Shown one piece after another: positions 12,242-24,600 of a stretch of 64,000 nt of DNA. Position 1 is the stretch's first letter; each line of letters starts with the position of its first letter. The translations under genes were made by a program, and so were the position numbers. Location: positions 5,024,001-5,088,000 of the forward strand of contig OZ249436.1 in assembly GCA_965235115.1 (NCBI GenBank), read 5' to 3'. Origin of the DNA: Laetmonice hystrix. Lineage: Eukaryota. The notes beneath the pieces were generated by a model that was not told the origin of the DNA, did no database searches, and saw only the letters and a list, made by a program, of their open reading frames with translations.

Positions 12242-15200
12242 ATGGGCGACAAAGGGTTTACCAAGAACGATATGGAGCGGATTGGCCTTTTCCAGGAGAT
12301 GGGCTATGCTACCATTGGTGATAAATACAAAGCTTCATCATGTAAGTATTCATATTAATTAAAATCCAGTAGATTTTATGGACCCAATGGCCGATGGGGT
12401 TATTAAACCATACTGCCGGTACATACCTACCATTACATTAGGCAGCATTACCAGCAATATTAAACTCAAAAAATAACAGTAACATGTTTAATTAGAGGGG
12501 CAAAGCTAAGCCCTTGTTCATACCATACCCTTCATATGCAATGGTTAATATGACACTGGCCTAACACAGTTGGTTCCTGCCCATTCTTGCTTGCTCCCTG
12601 CCCTTGTTTTGCTGCTAAAATAGCTCTTGACTTGAGTGTTAGCTATTGTTAGGAAGTTAAGCCCTAGCCAGTAGGTGAGGTAGAGAGTTGGCTTTGGTAC
12701 TATACCGTGTATAGTTTATTTATTATCTTGAAATACCCTCTGTAGTTGAATGTCAGGCTTTGGCCAACACTGACTCCTTAAATAAACTTATAATTTTCAG
12801 TGACATTCAATGAAGCAGCTGGCAAGGGGAAACAGATGCTTCCAGGTGGAAGCAAGACACGATCTGCACTACAGATGGGCTACTTCAGTGACAAGTACAA
12901 TCGTGTCCTGGAAGGAGAATCTTACTCAGATCCTGTCAAAATTCGCAGACAACATCGTCTCAAAGAGGCACAGAAAAACATAGGAAAACCCTTCCTTCCA
13001 AGCAGTGGGGATAAGAAACCGTAAGTAAATTATGTTGATGTACTGAACCAAAATGTTATGTCTTAGAGACATCACTCAGTACACCGAATACACTGTAACT
13101 AGATTTTTATGAAAAGATAAATTTGTTAAGTGTATTGATTAAATTGTGCTTCAAAGAATGTGTTTAAGAGACTGAGATTTTGTATGTGGAGAACTCGTTT
13201 ATAAATTCTGTGGGTAAATAATGTATGTGAGTATTTGTAAAAGATGAAAATCTAGCCATCAATGCATGTTTGTCATATTTTAGCAATGTAGATTAAACAA
13301 GACAGGTGGGAAGCAGCTGAGTTTACACAATCCACAGATTGGCCTCAAGTAAAATTACAAATTCACTGTTATGTTAAAAGAAGTTTGTTTCACTATTGAT
13401 ATATTCAGTTTCACTTGTTTCATCACTTGTTTCATATTTTGAACTATTGTTATCTGAAGAGCACCTTTCTTGAGGTCATGAATAAAGTCTTAGTCTTAAA
13501 AATTACAAAATAAGGTGTAAAATATAGATGTTTCCAAAGCATTTGAAGAGTTTATAGACAAACATGTTAAATATTGTTAGTCAAGATGTCAAGCATAATA
13601 TTATAATCAATACTTTGACATTTGTCTTTCTAATTTTGTCTAAATTATTTAATTCTATCTTGGGCTAAGCAAATAGACAAGAAAAACATAATAAAAATTA
13701 TAAATGTACTAGGAAGGGATCTTTTTTCTGTTTTTTGTAGGTCTGGACTTGGCAACCATTATGGAACCCTTTCAGGAGCAATACAAGCCTTCAGCCCTCA
13801 GGACAGAGCAAAGAAACCATACAAATCTTCAGGGAAAAACTTTTACACCAACCCAGGGAAAAAAGGGACTGGATTTGGGTAAGAATCTCACAAGTTTTTT
13901 ACCCATGTTTAAACATGCATGATCAGTACTGAGGTGGGTCTAATTTTAAGTTTCCGATCCATGCTAGGGAAAACTCATTACACATGGATATCTGGGCCCC
14001 GTTTCACTAAGCCAGCGACGTAGCCAAATTATCATAAGGTAATATGTCGCCAGTTCTGGCGACATGCCCCATTGCTTTAACGTTGGCGACATTTTGATGG
14101 GCGACGTCGCCAGCTTAGTGAAATAGGCCCCAGAAGCTGTTCTGAAACCAGAGCCACGTGGTATATTTTTGACCTACGGTTACAAGTGAGATAGCTTCGG
14201 TAGTTTTTAACATTATCCTTTGAATATTTGACCTGTTAAAGGGAGGTTTAATCCCTGCATATAGTCATAGATGATCAGGTTTTTCTTTTTATTGGTCAAA
14301 CAATGGATAATTACTTAATCTAAAGCTTCATTTCAGAAAGAATGATTTTTCTGCATTAATCTCTTTTCTCTAGATAGAATGATTTTTCTACATTGATCTC
14401 TTTTCTCTAGATATGTGGGTGTTACAATCAGTCAGTATCAGAAACATGCTACAGATGAATATGACAGGGCCAAGGAGATTACAAAGGTTAGTGCCATCAT
14501 CGTAATCCTTGGAAAGTAAGAAAGATTACTACAGGAATTCATTCTAAATTTAATATTTAATGTACTGTGTGCTACAGAATTATGTGGTGTCCTGGTTTGC
14601 AGAGGGAGAACGAATCACATCGGAAATCATTGAAAGGGAATGCCTTCAGGCTAAACATGCACCCAAAGGCATGCTTTGATGAGAACCCGTATCGCTCAGA
14701 CCGACCCTTGCCGCCATCCAAGAAAACAGACACTAAGAAGGCAGAATTAAAGCCATTCAAGCCAAGCTCTCCAGGCAAACAGGTTTGGGTCTTCAACTTG
14801 TGTCTCTGGGGTGATTTGCAAATATCAGCTGCTGAATTTGACTTGATTCAGTAGCTAATTGTAGACTCAAGTGTTCTGACAAACAAGTCCACTTTTTGTT
14901 GTTATTTTCGCCACCTTGACTGCACTAAAGGGAGGAAAATTTTATGCTTCAGCCTGGTGGAATGAAAGCAGGTACATTCGATCCATATCCATCGCACTCA
15001 GCCAATTCTTATAACATTAAATACCTGCGACCACTCCATGTGGTCAACAAGAGTGGCAAGATCTTCATGCCTTCTGCTGGACCCAAATCAGCCCCTGTTA
15101 ACTCCATTGTCAACCAGAATGTCATCAAGTAAGTCTTCAGTGTTTATTACTAACGCCTAGCAGACATTAGCAAACACTCAATCATTGCTGATAATGATTC

Positions 15201-15644
15201 AGGTCCAGTTAGAAAAAGTTTGAAATACTGCATTTTATCCACAAATGATATCATACAAAAATCTAAGTTATGAAGAAGAGATAATCAGCATAAATTATCA
15301 TTGCTTGTAAAGTCATGAAAGGTGGGAAACTGCAGAGAAAAGTAGATGTATGAACATGACCGTTATCTCATTCTCTAGGTATCTTATTTTGGTCTGTCAG
15401 CTATAGACCCTCGCTCAACCCCATACCATGACCTTCGATTTGACATTTAGCTTATTTTATTTCATTCCCCCCTCCGTTTCTTTGTCATTAAATGTAATGC
15501 TCAAAACAATATATCTCAGACATAATTTATGGGATTATAATATTCCTAGACAGCAAATCCATAAACATTTGATATATTTTGTATTTTTACAGAACCATCA
15601 CACCACAGAACTACAGAAGTACAACAGCTGTGATGAGTTTCTGA
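12242..15644 (+). CDS. CFAP96: Cilia- and flagella-associated protein 96 (UPF0602, C4orf47 homolog)
   Basis: Exons 12242-12341, 12801-13020, 13741-13878, 14411-14486, 14603-14782, 14953-15128, 15593-15644, phases consistent. Translation MGDKGFTKNDMERIGLFQEMGYATIGDKY...FNEAAGKGKQMLPGGSK...NFYTNPGKKGTGFGY...FKPSSPGKQPGGMKAGTFDPYPSHSA matches my recollection of human C4orf47 along its length. Confidence 0.92.
13994..14130. mobile_element. Short Harbinger-like MITE (GGCCCCGTTTCACTAAG TIR)
   Basis: GGCCCCGTTTCACTAAGC ... GCTTAGTGAAATAGGCCC with CTG/CAG flanks; a related TIR pair occurs at about 52241-52376. Confidence 0.65.
14339..14412 (+). repeat. 37-bp tandem duplication of the CFAP96 exon 4 splice acceptor
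   Basis: AGAATGATTTTTCTGCATTAATCTCTTTTCTCTAGAT followed by AGAATGATTTTTCTACATTGATCTCTTTTCTCTAGAT. Confidence 0.9.
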
Positions 15645-17076
15645 GTCTCCTGATGTTGCTCAAAGTCTACATTTAGCATTTTAGTTTTGGAAATATTCTT
15701 GTATTAGAATATAGTTGTTAATGCGGTGGTAAAAAATTCACTCATCTTCAAACGGAAAAACAGGGGTGGCTGATGGAAAGTCATTTCATGAAAATTTCTG
15801 TAACAAAACACTTTTTGAACAATGTTAAAATAGTATACTCAGGTATGAATGGAAATCACCCAAACCCTATCAACTATTCATGTATCTCTTGTGAGAAAAG
15901 AATGTGATAGGCTTCGAGAATGTACCAGTACCCAAATATGGCTGTGCAAACGTCGGAACATGTTACCAAATATTCCAATATCAAAGATGGTTTAGGTGCA
16001 GATGTGCAGCTATTCGCTGAGCATCCAAACTTTACATCTTATTCTAGGAGTATTCTAGAATGATATCCGTTCTGAACATATTATACATTGAAAACCCAAA
16101 CTATTGCACACTGTTTACTGAACTGCAACCAGTTCGCATAATATTGTTCTCTATAAAATCATGTTATCGTTACCCAATGTCCCTGTTGGCTGAATTTTTA
16201 TCTCCTATTTATGCCTCAAAAAATCTCTTTTTGGCACAAGATTCAAGACTTAAGCGAGTGCCGATGCTAGAAATAGTAAAACGGCCAGAATCAACCCAAT
16301 GTTTTTGCTATCGTACCGGTTTGTGTTAACTTTAAACGAACACAAAATTATGACTTGATTTGCAGAATATTATTGCTATTGACAAAGCCGAAAGCAGCTA
16401 GTTTTCTTTATGCTTGCGTCAGTAGAAATAGACGTATAGTATTCATAGGTGTGTTTGATATAAGATAGGTAGTCAGGATAGAGGTTATATTTTCAGTGTT
16501 GGCATGATAATATATTGTCTCAAATCACTGTGAAAATTGTCAATATCATGTAAATAAAACGATTTTAGCTTGCATTCCGCCGTTCAGTATATCAGTGTTT
16601 TGACTACCAAAAATACTGGTTGGTATTTTATGGTATAAGTCGTTCAGCACAAAACATCATTGTTAAGTTAATACATGTTTCATCCTAGTTCCCGGACCAG
16701 TTTTATTTAATGTCTTTTTTTTCGGTGGTACCTTTTTTGAGCAGTCCTTTAAGGGTGTACTTGAGCCACATATACACAATGCTACCACTACTGGTGTTTT
16801 TATTATCTTCCATTGTGGACAAGGCTATAGCCAACCTGGCTGAATTTACAAATCAACAGCCACACTCTAACGGTTCCTCTAGGCATTCTGTTTTACGGGA
16901 TGGTTGTACAAGAGTACTGGCATAAACGTGTATGAAAGAAACGCTTCCCAAGTTAGAAACATCTCAGTCCGACCTCTTCACGAGCATTCCCTCCAAACAG
17001 AAGCGATGGGCCTGTACAATTTCTACAGGCTCATCACTTTTACAGTGGGGACCACTTTTTCCACCCAAAATCCTAA

Positions 17077-17276
17077 AGCCCGGGATACACGGGGCAACTC
17101 GTCGCATGCAACCGCGTTGCCTCAAGGGGAGGCGACGCGTCGCCCCAAAATCCAACATGTTGGATTTTGGTGCGACGCGTCGCCCCTCCCTCAGGCGACG
17201 CGACGCAGGCGATACACGGGGCGACTGGTTGCATGCAACGCGTCGCATGCGACGAATTGCCCGTGTATCCTGGGCT
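17077..17276. mobile_element. Palindromic PIF/Harbinger-type MITE (200 bp, TAA TSD)
   Basis: AGCCCGGGATACACGGGGCAAC ... TTGCCCGTGTATCCTGGGCT; nearly the whole element is a palindrome centred on CCAAAATCCAACATGTTGGATTTTGG; TAA at 17074-17076 and 17277-17279. Confidence 0.85.
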
Positions 17277-18685
17277 TAAGGCCCCTATGTTACCCAGGTG
17301 CATATTTAATGAGAACACTTGCATGTAACACGACCATAAAAAAGAATCCAATGTCTTCTCCATCAAGTGTAGCTTTCACATTAAATTACGCATTACATAA
17401 AAAAACGAAGTTTTTATTATTGTGCAAGAAAATTTCCTTTGTTCCCTGCCCTATAAGTATAATTATATTTAGAACAATTTTCAAAGCAAAGTGAGCCGGA
17501 GAAAACCAGAATGACACCGGTTTATAGCAACTTATTTTTTATTGACTATAGATGTTGGAAACTGTTATTGAACATGGAGTAGACCGTCAGCCTCAGACCA
17601 TCAGTGGTGAGTGCAGCTAGTGGGGCACCTTACATTACATCACTTCAAGTACACTCGTTACACACACGATACACGGGCCTCTTTGCCTCTCTGTACACCA
17701 CTTTGATCCACTACTCGACATTAATGCCTTGATCCTTTCAGTTTCTGAATTTTATTTTACCATTATGCTGAAATACTCTTGACATACAAGAACAGATATA
17801 CCTATACATTTGTCCCAATCGTTTTTTTTTTCATCAGAAAATATTTAATGGCTGGAGGGATGCAATGTCAGAAGTCAGACTGCCATGAAGTTGTAGTTTT
17901 AGACACCACCCTAACCCTTGTCTGACCCCACTATTTGACACCAATTTCAACGAGTGAACAGGGATTTTCATTTTTTATACAACAGGCTCCCATTCCTGGC
18001 ATACCACGGTCCTGTCCTCGATAGAGTTTCTACAACTCCTCATAAAAGATAGTGGGCAAGCAATAACAATATCAACCAGTGCATTTTGTTTCGACCCTGA
18101 CCTGAAAAATATTTAATGGATGCTCTATGTAGTCTACAAAATATAGTCTACAAATTAACAATTTTACCTCGCAAGGTAGCACATAAACAACTGCACATCC
18201 AGAGGTGATGAATGGCTTTCCGGGCACACACATTCATACATAACGCTACACAGATGTTTATAACATCCTGGTGCCTCCATACTGGGCACAGATACTATAC
18301 AGGCCTTTTTCAAGCAACCCAGCCACCACCGCCATTCCAACCTTTCCAACCTTCCATAACCCAAGCTTTTCCATTTTAAGGGTGTGCTAATGACATGCCT
18401 TCGATCAATTCACCTGTGAAATCCCTTTAACAACCGAGGCCATGCAGAGCGTATGGTTCCAACCCACCACGCAGCAGCCTTAACATAAATAAATACAGCA
18501 TTACACCCGATTGGCCAGAATGGGACGAGCTCTTCATAGTTACTTTCAACAAATGATGGGGTTTATGTACAAACGGTTGCCCGTTATTATATGATATTAT
18601 GTACATGGTCATCGACTCTTTACAAAATATGTTTAGATCGTGATATACATGTGATTTGGTTATGGCTATTCTGAGAATTGTTGGA

Positions 18686-21600
18686 TCAGTCCTCCTCCGA
18701 GTCGTCGTCCTCATCATCCTCATCATCATCATCAATCTGAAACCGAAGTGACTCTTACTTATTCATATACCGGTAGGAAGAGTGTTATTAGAAAGATAAG
18801 TCCCTGCTACAATATGTATAAACAGAGCTATTCTTTGACATCCAATTCAAGAAACAGTTTGTAGTCTAAGATTCAAAACACAAAGCTTAGAGTTAATACA
18901 GTACCTTCTCTCCGAGTTCTTTGAGACGCTTTTTGTAGGTGGAAAGTTTGCCATCTTGGTCAGCCAATAACACCAGGAGGTCTTCCTGCTCCTTACGCTG
19001 GCTCTCAGCTTCCTCCAGTGCTTTCAATTTGTCGGCCTCAGCTTCACTCAACTCTACCTCAAGCTTCTGCAAATAAACATGATAGGAACTGTCTCAGCTG
19101 AGTAGCTCAGTGCTCGCTAATAAGTGAGGGTTCTGATGTTCTAATCGAAACTCAAAACACAAGGCCAATAAATTTTATCTTTGTAACTACTAAACCACTC
19201 GTATCCTACCCAAAACTGACCTCTTGAAACACTATAACATTTCCCGAACCTGAAACTCTTACCTCAACCTGAGCCTTGAGTCGCATCTTTTCTGTGTTAG
19301 CACCATCAAGCTCATACTGGAGTTCCTTCTTTTCCTCCTTTGCTTTCTCCACAGCCTCGTCCTGGCTCCGAATCTTCTTCTCCTGGTCAGAGATCCGCTC
19401 CAGTAAGGAATTCCTCTCGACCAACAAAGCAGTCGAGTTGGTCGCTTCGTCTGCTGAACCTGACGACAACTTCTCTCCCTGGCGACAAAACAAGGCAAGC
19501 TGCTGAACATTGCTAACTCAGACAAAGTGTCAGAACTTTTATAATCATTATGCACGGTTCATGTCAGGCTGATGGTAGAATTCTACAAGGACAACATTAA
19601 TGCTCCTTTGTCTAACCCTCTTGTTGAACCAGTTGAACCAGTTGAACCTAACTTACCAGTTCAGCAACCTGTTTGCTGGTTTCATCGTACTTTGCCTTAT
19701 ATAGCCGGACTTCCTCTTCTCTTTGCTGAACCTTTGTCTTCAGTTCCATAACTTCGGCTTCTAGTTGTGTTACCTGAGCCTTCAGACCTGCTGCTGCTGC
19801 TGCCGCCGCCGCTGCATCTCCCTCTTTCAATTCGTCAGTTGTCAACGCACCAATTTTGGCTTCAGCCACAACTAAGTCTGATTTCTGTTTGGAGAAAAGA
19901 TGGTTTACATTAATGCAACTCACATATTTATATTAAAGTATCTCTAGGTGAAATTACTCAGTTTACTGATCAGCAGGACTTACCAACTTCCCTATCTCTG
20001 AGGTTTTTTCATCAATCTCTTTCAATAGCTTGGAGACGTCCGGTATGTCGGCGCCTGCAGCTGGGACGGACCCTCCTTTTAAACACAAGGAAAATGATGA
20101 AAATATTGCTTGATATATTTATATTACAAATGATTGCTTCTTTACAACTTCCAAATTTAATCTTGCTCTCACTTAATAATGCCAACCTTTGTCTCAGTGT
20201 TTGTACTAAATGTCACAAACCTCGCTGAGCCTTCAACAGTGCATTCTGATCCTTCAATTGTTGAATCTGTTGCTTTGTTTCTGTTAATGTGTGCTCTGTC
20301 TCTTCATGCACACCCTTCAGCTCTGTCAACTCACGCTTCACTGAATTTAATTGTAAATCCTGCAAGAAAGAAGAATGACTATACCATAAAAACTGTGACT
20401 GTGGAGTGCCATACAACCTTGGACATTCTAACTGCTTGTGCATGCAGGGCCATGCATTTCCCTTGCACAAATAGGTATATCGCTCATGATAACTTAAATC
20501 CCACGAAATTTGGTGGAAAGTAAAGATCCATGGCCCTGACCTTATCCCTAACCCCTAACCCCAGTCCCTACACCTCCCAAAAACATATCCCTACCCTATC
20601 CCTATCCCTATCCCTGACCTTAACCCTAACCCCTGCCCAAACATTTCATGGAAAGTTATCATGGGGGAAGAACCCACAAATATCAATCACACGTGAGATA
20701 ATGACATTTTACAAGTACCGTAATCTTCCGTGTATAAGCCGCACTTTTTTCCTCCTCAAATTAATCATAAATCAGGGGTGCGGCTTATACATGGCCACAA
20801 GCGTCTGGAGACTTCTCCGTCGATGTGGAGACCAAGTCATCCCTAGGTGGCGCCACCAACGCTATTATTACACCCCTAGTGGTGGTATTGTGAATAAAGT
20901 ATTAATGTTATATAGAGAGTTATAGATTTAAAGAAACATATAGAGAGAGATATAGACAGAGAAAGATTCTGGGCAAGATCATCGTTTGAATGGGACAAAG
21001 GACAGGCATTTCTGATGGGAACTGCCTGCTTTATACCCACAACCCGTTAATACCCATTGTTTTACGTGTGACTCTTTGCTGACTAAGACAGCGAGATGGA
21101 TTCCCAAAATAAAAGTGGGTCCTATTGTTTTCAATGCCCCGTGAAAGCAACGGCCCGTTTAACAATGGGAGGTGATGGTGGCACCGGCGTCTGGCCAACA
21201 ACTTTTCACACTATGGCCAAGCTGGTGAAACACCTAGCTGATACAAGTCTCAGCCTGTAGGGTTGATGGTTGGGGCCCAACTTTGCTACGACTGGCGTCA
21301 GAAACGTGAATTTTTTTTTTCTCTGACTTTTGCTCTAAAAACGGGGGTGCGGCTTATACATGGCCGCGGCTTGTACACGGAAGATTACGGTAGATAGGAT
21401 ACCATATATGAAACAAGTCACAAACAGAATCTTTCAAAATGGATTATTGGATTTTTTTTTTAATAAATATTCACCTGTAACTTTGTCTTACCTGTTCTCT
21501 TATTAACTCCTTATACTGGCCGACAATGCTGTCATGCTGGTCCACTGTGTGGCGCTTTGCTGGGCCATCACTTTCTTGGGCTGGTGACATCGACGCAACC

Positions 21601-24600
21601 ACCTCATCTTAAAAAGTTAGGCAATTATGTAAGTTCATCTCTCAAGAGCCTAAATATTCCTTTATATGAATAAGATGACATCATATGGCTTCTAAATATG
21701 TGAGCAACATTCATCAAGATTTCCAGGATATGAACATTGATTTGCAAACACTACAACGCTGATATCATATTATTGTGGTTGTGCTGTTACCTTGCTTAAA
21801 TCACTTCCCAATACTTACTTTCAAGTTTTTTAAATAACTTTGTGAAGGCATGGTCAACAAGAACATCACTTGGCTGCTTGAAGTTAAGTTGTGGCTGTTT
21901 GGCTGCACTGTTGTAACTCTCATGTTTGGATACTTGTGATAACTTGTCTACAAATTGCTCCATTCCAATACGCTTCTCAATTATTTGTCGGAGATGATCT
22001 CTGTTGATAAAAAGTAAAGAAATCTCCATCATTTCACCTGCCGTTCCTCTCGTCAGATACACCTAATTCTAGGTCAGTAACAATACAACAGAGCCTGGGG
22101 GTTCTCAGTAGGGTTGCAAAGACTGCCAAAGAGTCCTCAACCGAATTGGTTTGTAAGCTCGAGGTTCGACAAGACTAGGATTGATTCAAGTAATGCAACT
22201 ATTTCTATAAACTCAGAAAAGTTTCTTACACCACATCTGGGATGTCTCACCATTTGTAACAAACTTTTAAATAATCTATAGATCTCTGGGAATATCCACT
22301 TGAGTTCACAATGTGGGATGGAGACCTACCTGGTACAGTTTTCCACCTGGTCAGTGTTGAAGTGGACACAGATACCGAGCAGGAAGGCACACAAGCCCTG
22401 CACTAGCCCCTCGTGATCATCTCCCTCTGAAGCACTTACTTGTGATATGAACTTGAACATGTCAAGGAACACAGCTCGGGCTTTTTACGATTGATTTCTT
22501 ATTATTAGAAAAGTAGCAAGTACTTTACGACAAGTGAATGAGGTCGTCCAGGTATCAGGAACAGATGTTTCTCAAACGTTGTCAACCTGTCAGGGGTTAC
22601 AGGCAATCAACGTGATCAACCACACTATCTTTACTCAGCTTTCGTACCATGATATGATAGTTCATGGTCAGGTATCATGTCCTCTGGCAGGATATCCAGA
22701 TGAAGGAAGTTACAGAAATTTCATCATACATATATAGTTTCATAAAAAGCATTAGTGTAATATACTTTAAGTATCTGAAAGGATACAAAAGGCACATTTT
22801 TGGGATTGTGCAGGAAATGAGTAACAGCTATGGGGCAGTAGGCCAGCCAATGAGAAAGCAGCATCAACAAGCCCACCTGCATCTGTAACTTAGCTCCACA
22901 CTGAAACATACATAACAAAACACGAAATGTATCATCACTTGGTTTACATATTAGTAACAAAACACAAAATGTATCATCACTTGATTACATAACAAAACAC
23001 AAATCACTTGGATTACATAACAAAACACAAAATGTATCATCCCTTGGATTACATAACCAAACACAAATCACTTGGATTACATAACCAAACACGAAATGTA
23101 TCATCACTTGGGATTACATAACCAAACACAAATGTATCATCACTTGGATGACATAACAGAACACAAATGTATCATCACATGGATTCAACACATTAACACC
23201 AGGGTAACCTCCCCAATGCTAAATCTCAGGATGAATTGATGCATCATGTCTTTCACCAGTAAATGAAATCATTCCACTAAAATATAGGAATGACCTTAAG
23301 AGTAGTTCAATAAACCACTCAGAAATGTATAAAGTTAAATCTGAATCAATATATGGACCCGACGACAAAGGCTTTCATAGCTGTCATTATTATTAAGTAT
23401 GTATTGTGTACAAATGGCATAGTTCCGTTACCTGTCCCAGTATGTCGGTACACTGCTGTAGAAGCGAGACGGCTGGGTTACCGAGTGATGTTGCCAGCTG
23501 CACCCTGAGCAGCTGTTCCTTCTGCTCAGCGTTATCAACGATAGCATGTAATAACGCTACCGAAGCGAACCATGTAGAGAGTGGGTCGGAACTGAACAAG
23601 CCTCCACACAACAGTTGACCAGCTGATACCGAGTTAGCTGCAACACACCAGAACATAATAATACATATCACCAACACTGGAGGCAAACATTTGTCATAAT
23701 TGTAAGGTTCTTATAAATGGTCATGTGTAAACATGCATGGGAAACAGGGAAACTGGAAAGGAAAGAATGGATATTTTAGGGATTTTTGACCTCTTGCAGC
23801 GCGTTTTAACATAATACAAGCAGGAAAGCCACACACAGGTGCCTTGAATCATTACCATGAAATAAAAGATCAAATATCAAAGTATCACTTTGACTTTTTC
23901 TGTCAGACAGAGCCAGTGAAGCATCATACTGTCTGAGGGAGGGAAAGCCAACCATTTTGTACCATTATAATATCAGGTTAAAAGCTTAGGACCAGACCTG
24001 TTTAATTTTGTTTGTACCTAATATGCAGTCAGTCAACTTCTGCTGCACATTTTTACAGACATACTGTGCATACAGCTCTGTAACCAACAGCATTTCTGTA
24101 ATTCCCTTAACTTTGTATTACTCTCTAATGGGAAAAGAAGTGCCCCGTTACTTTTAGATGTTACAATTATCCCCCACGTCCACGAGCAATACCTTTGCAT
24201 CTAATCTGAAGGAAACATTCCCAATGTTAACGAGGAAACCTGAGCCTGAGCTTTGGTGCCATATTTTATATCTTGTCACTGTCGGTGGTCCGTCTCTGCC
24301 AGCAGAAGGACAAACGTTTGGGTGGTTTTGATCCTGGCCTTATATTTTTTTTAATAATTTTTTTTTTTAATCTTTAATTTTCTTCTAAATCATTTCAAGG
24401 GAATTCGGTCAAAGAAAGTCTCAGACAGTGCCATTTAAGATATTTCTACTTAAAATGTGTCATGCAAATCTGAAGCATAGTGTAAAGCTGTGCAGTTTCT
24501 AAACAAAGATGACAGAGAGCTTTTGTCATATAACTTCTCAGGATACCAAATTGCAGTCATAATTCCATGTACAGATAGGAACTTTACTTATATCTAACGA

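Noticed and set aside
16904..17494. 196-aa ORF and mirrored ORFs on both strands
   Set aside because: Arise from a palindromic GC-rich MITE.
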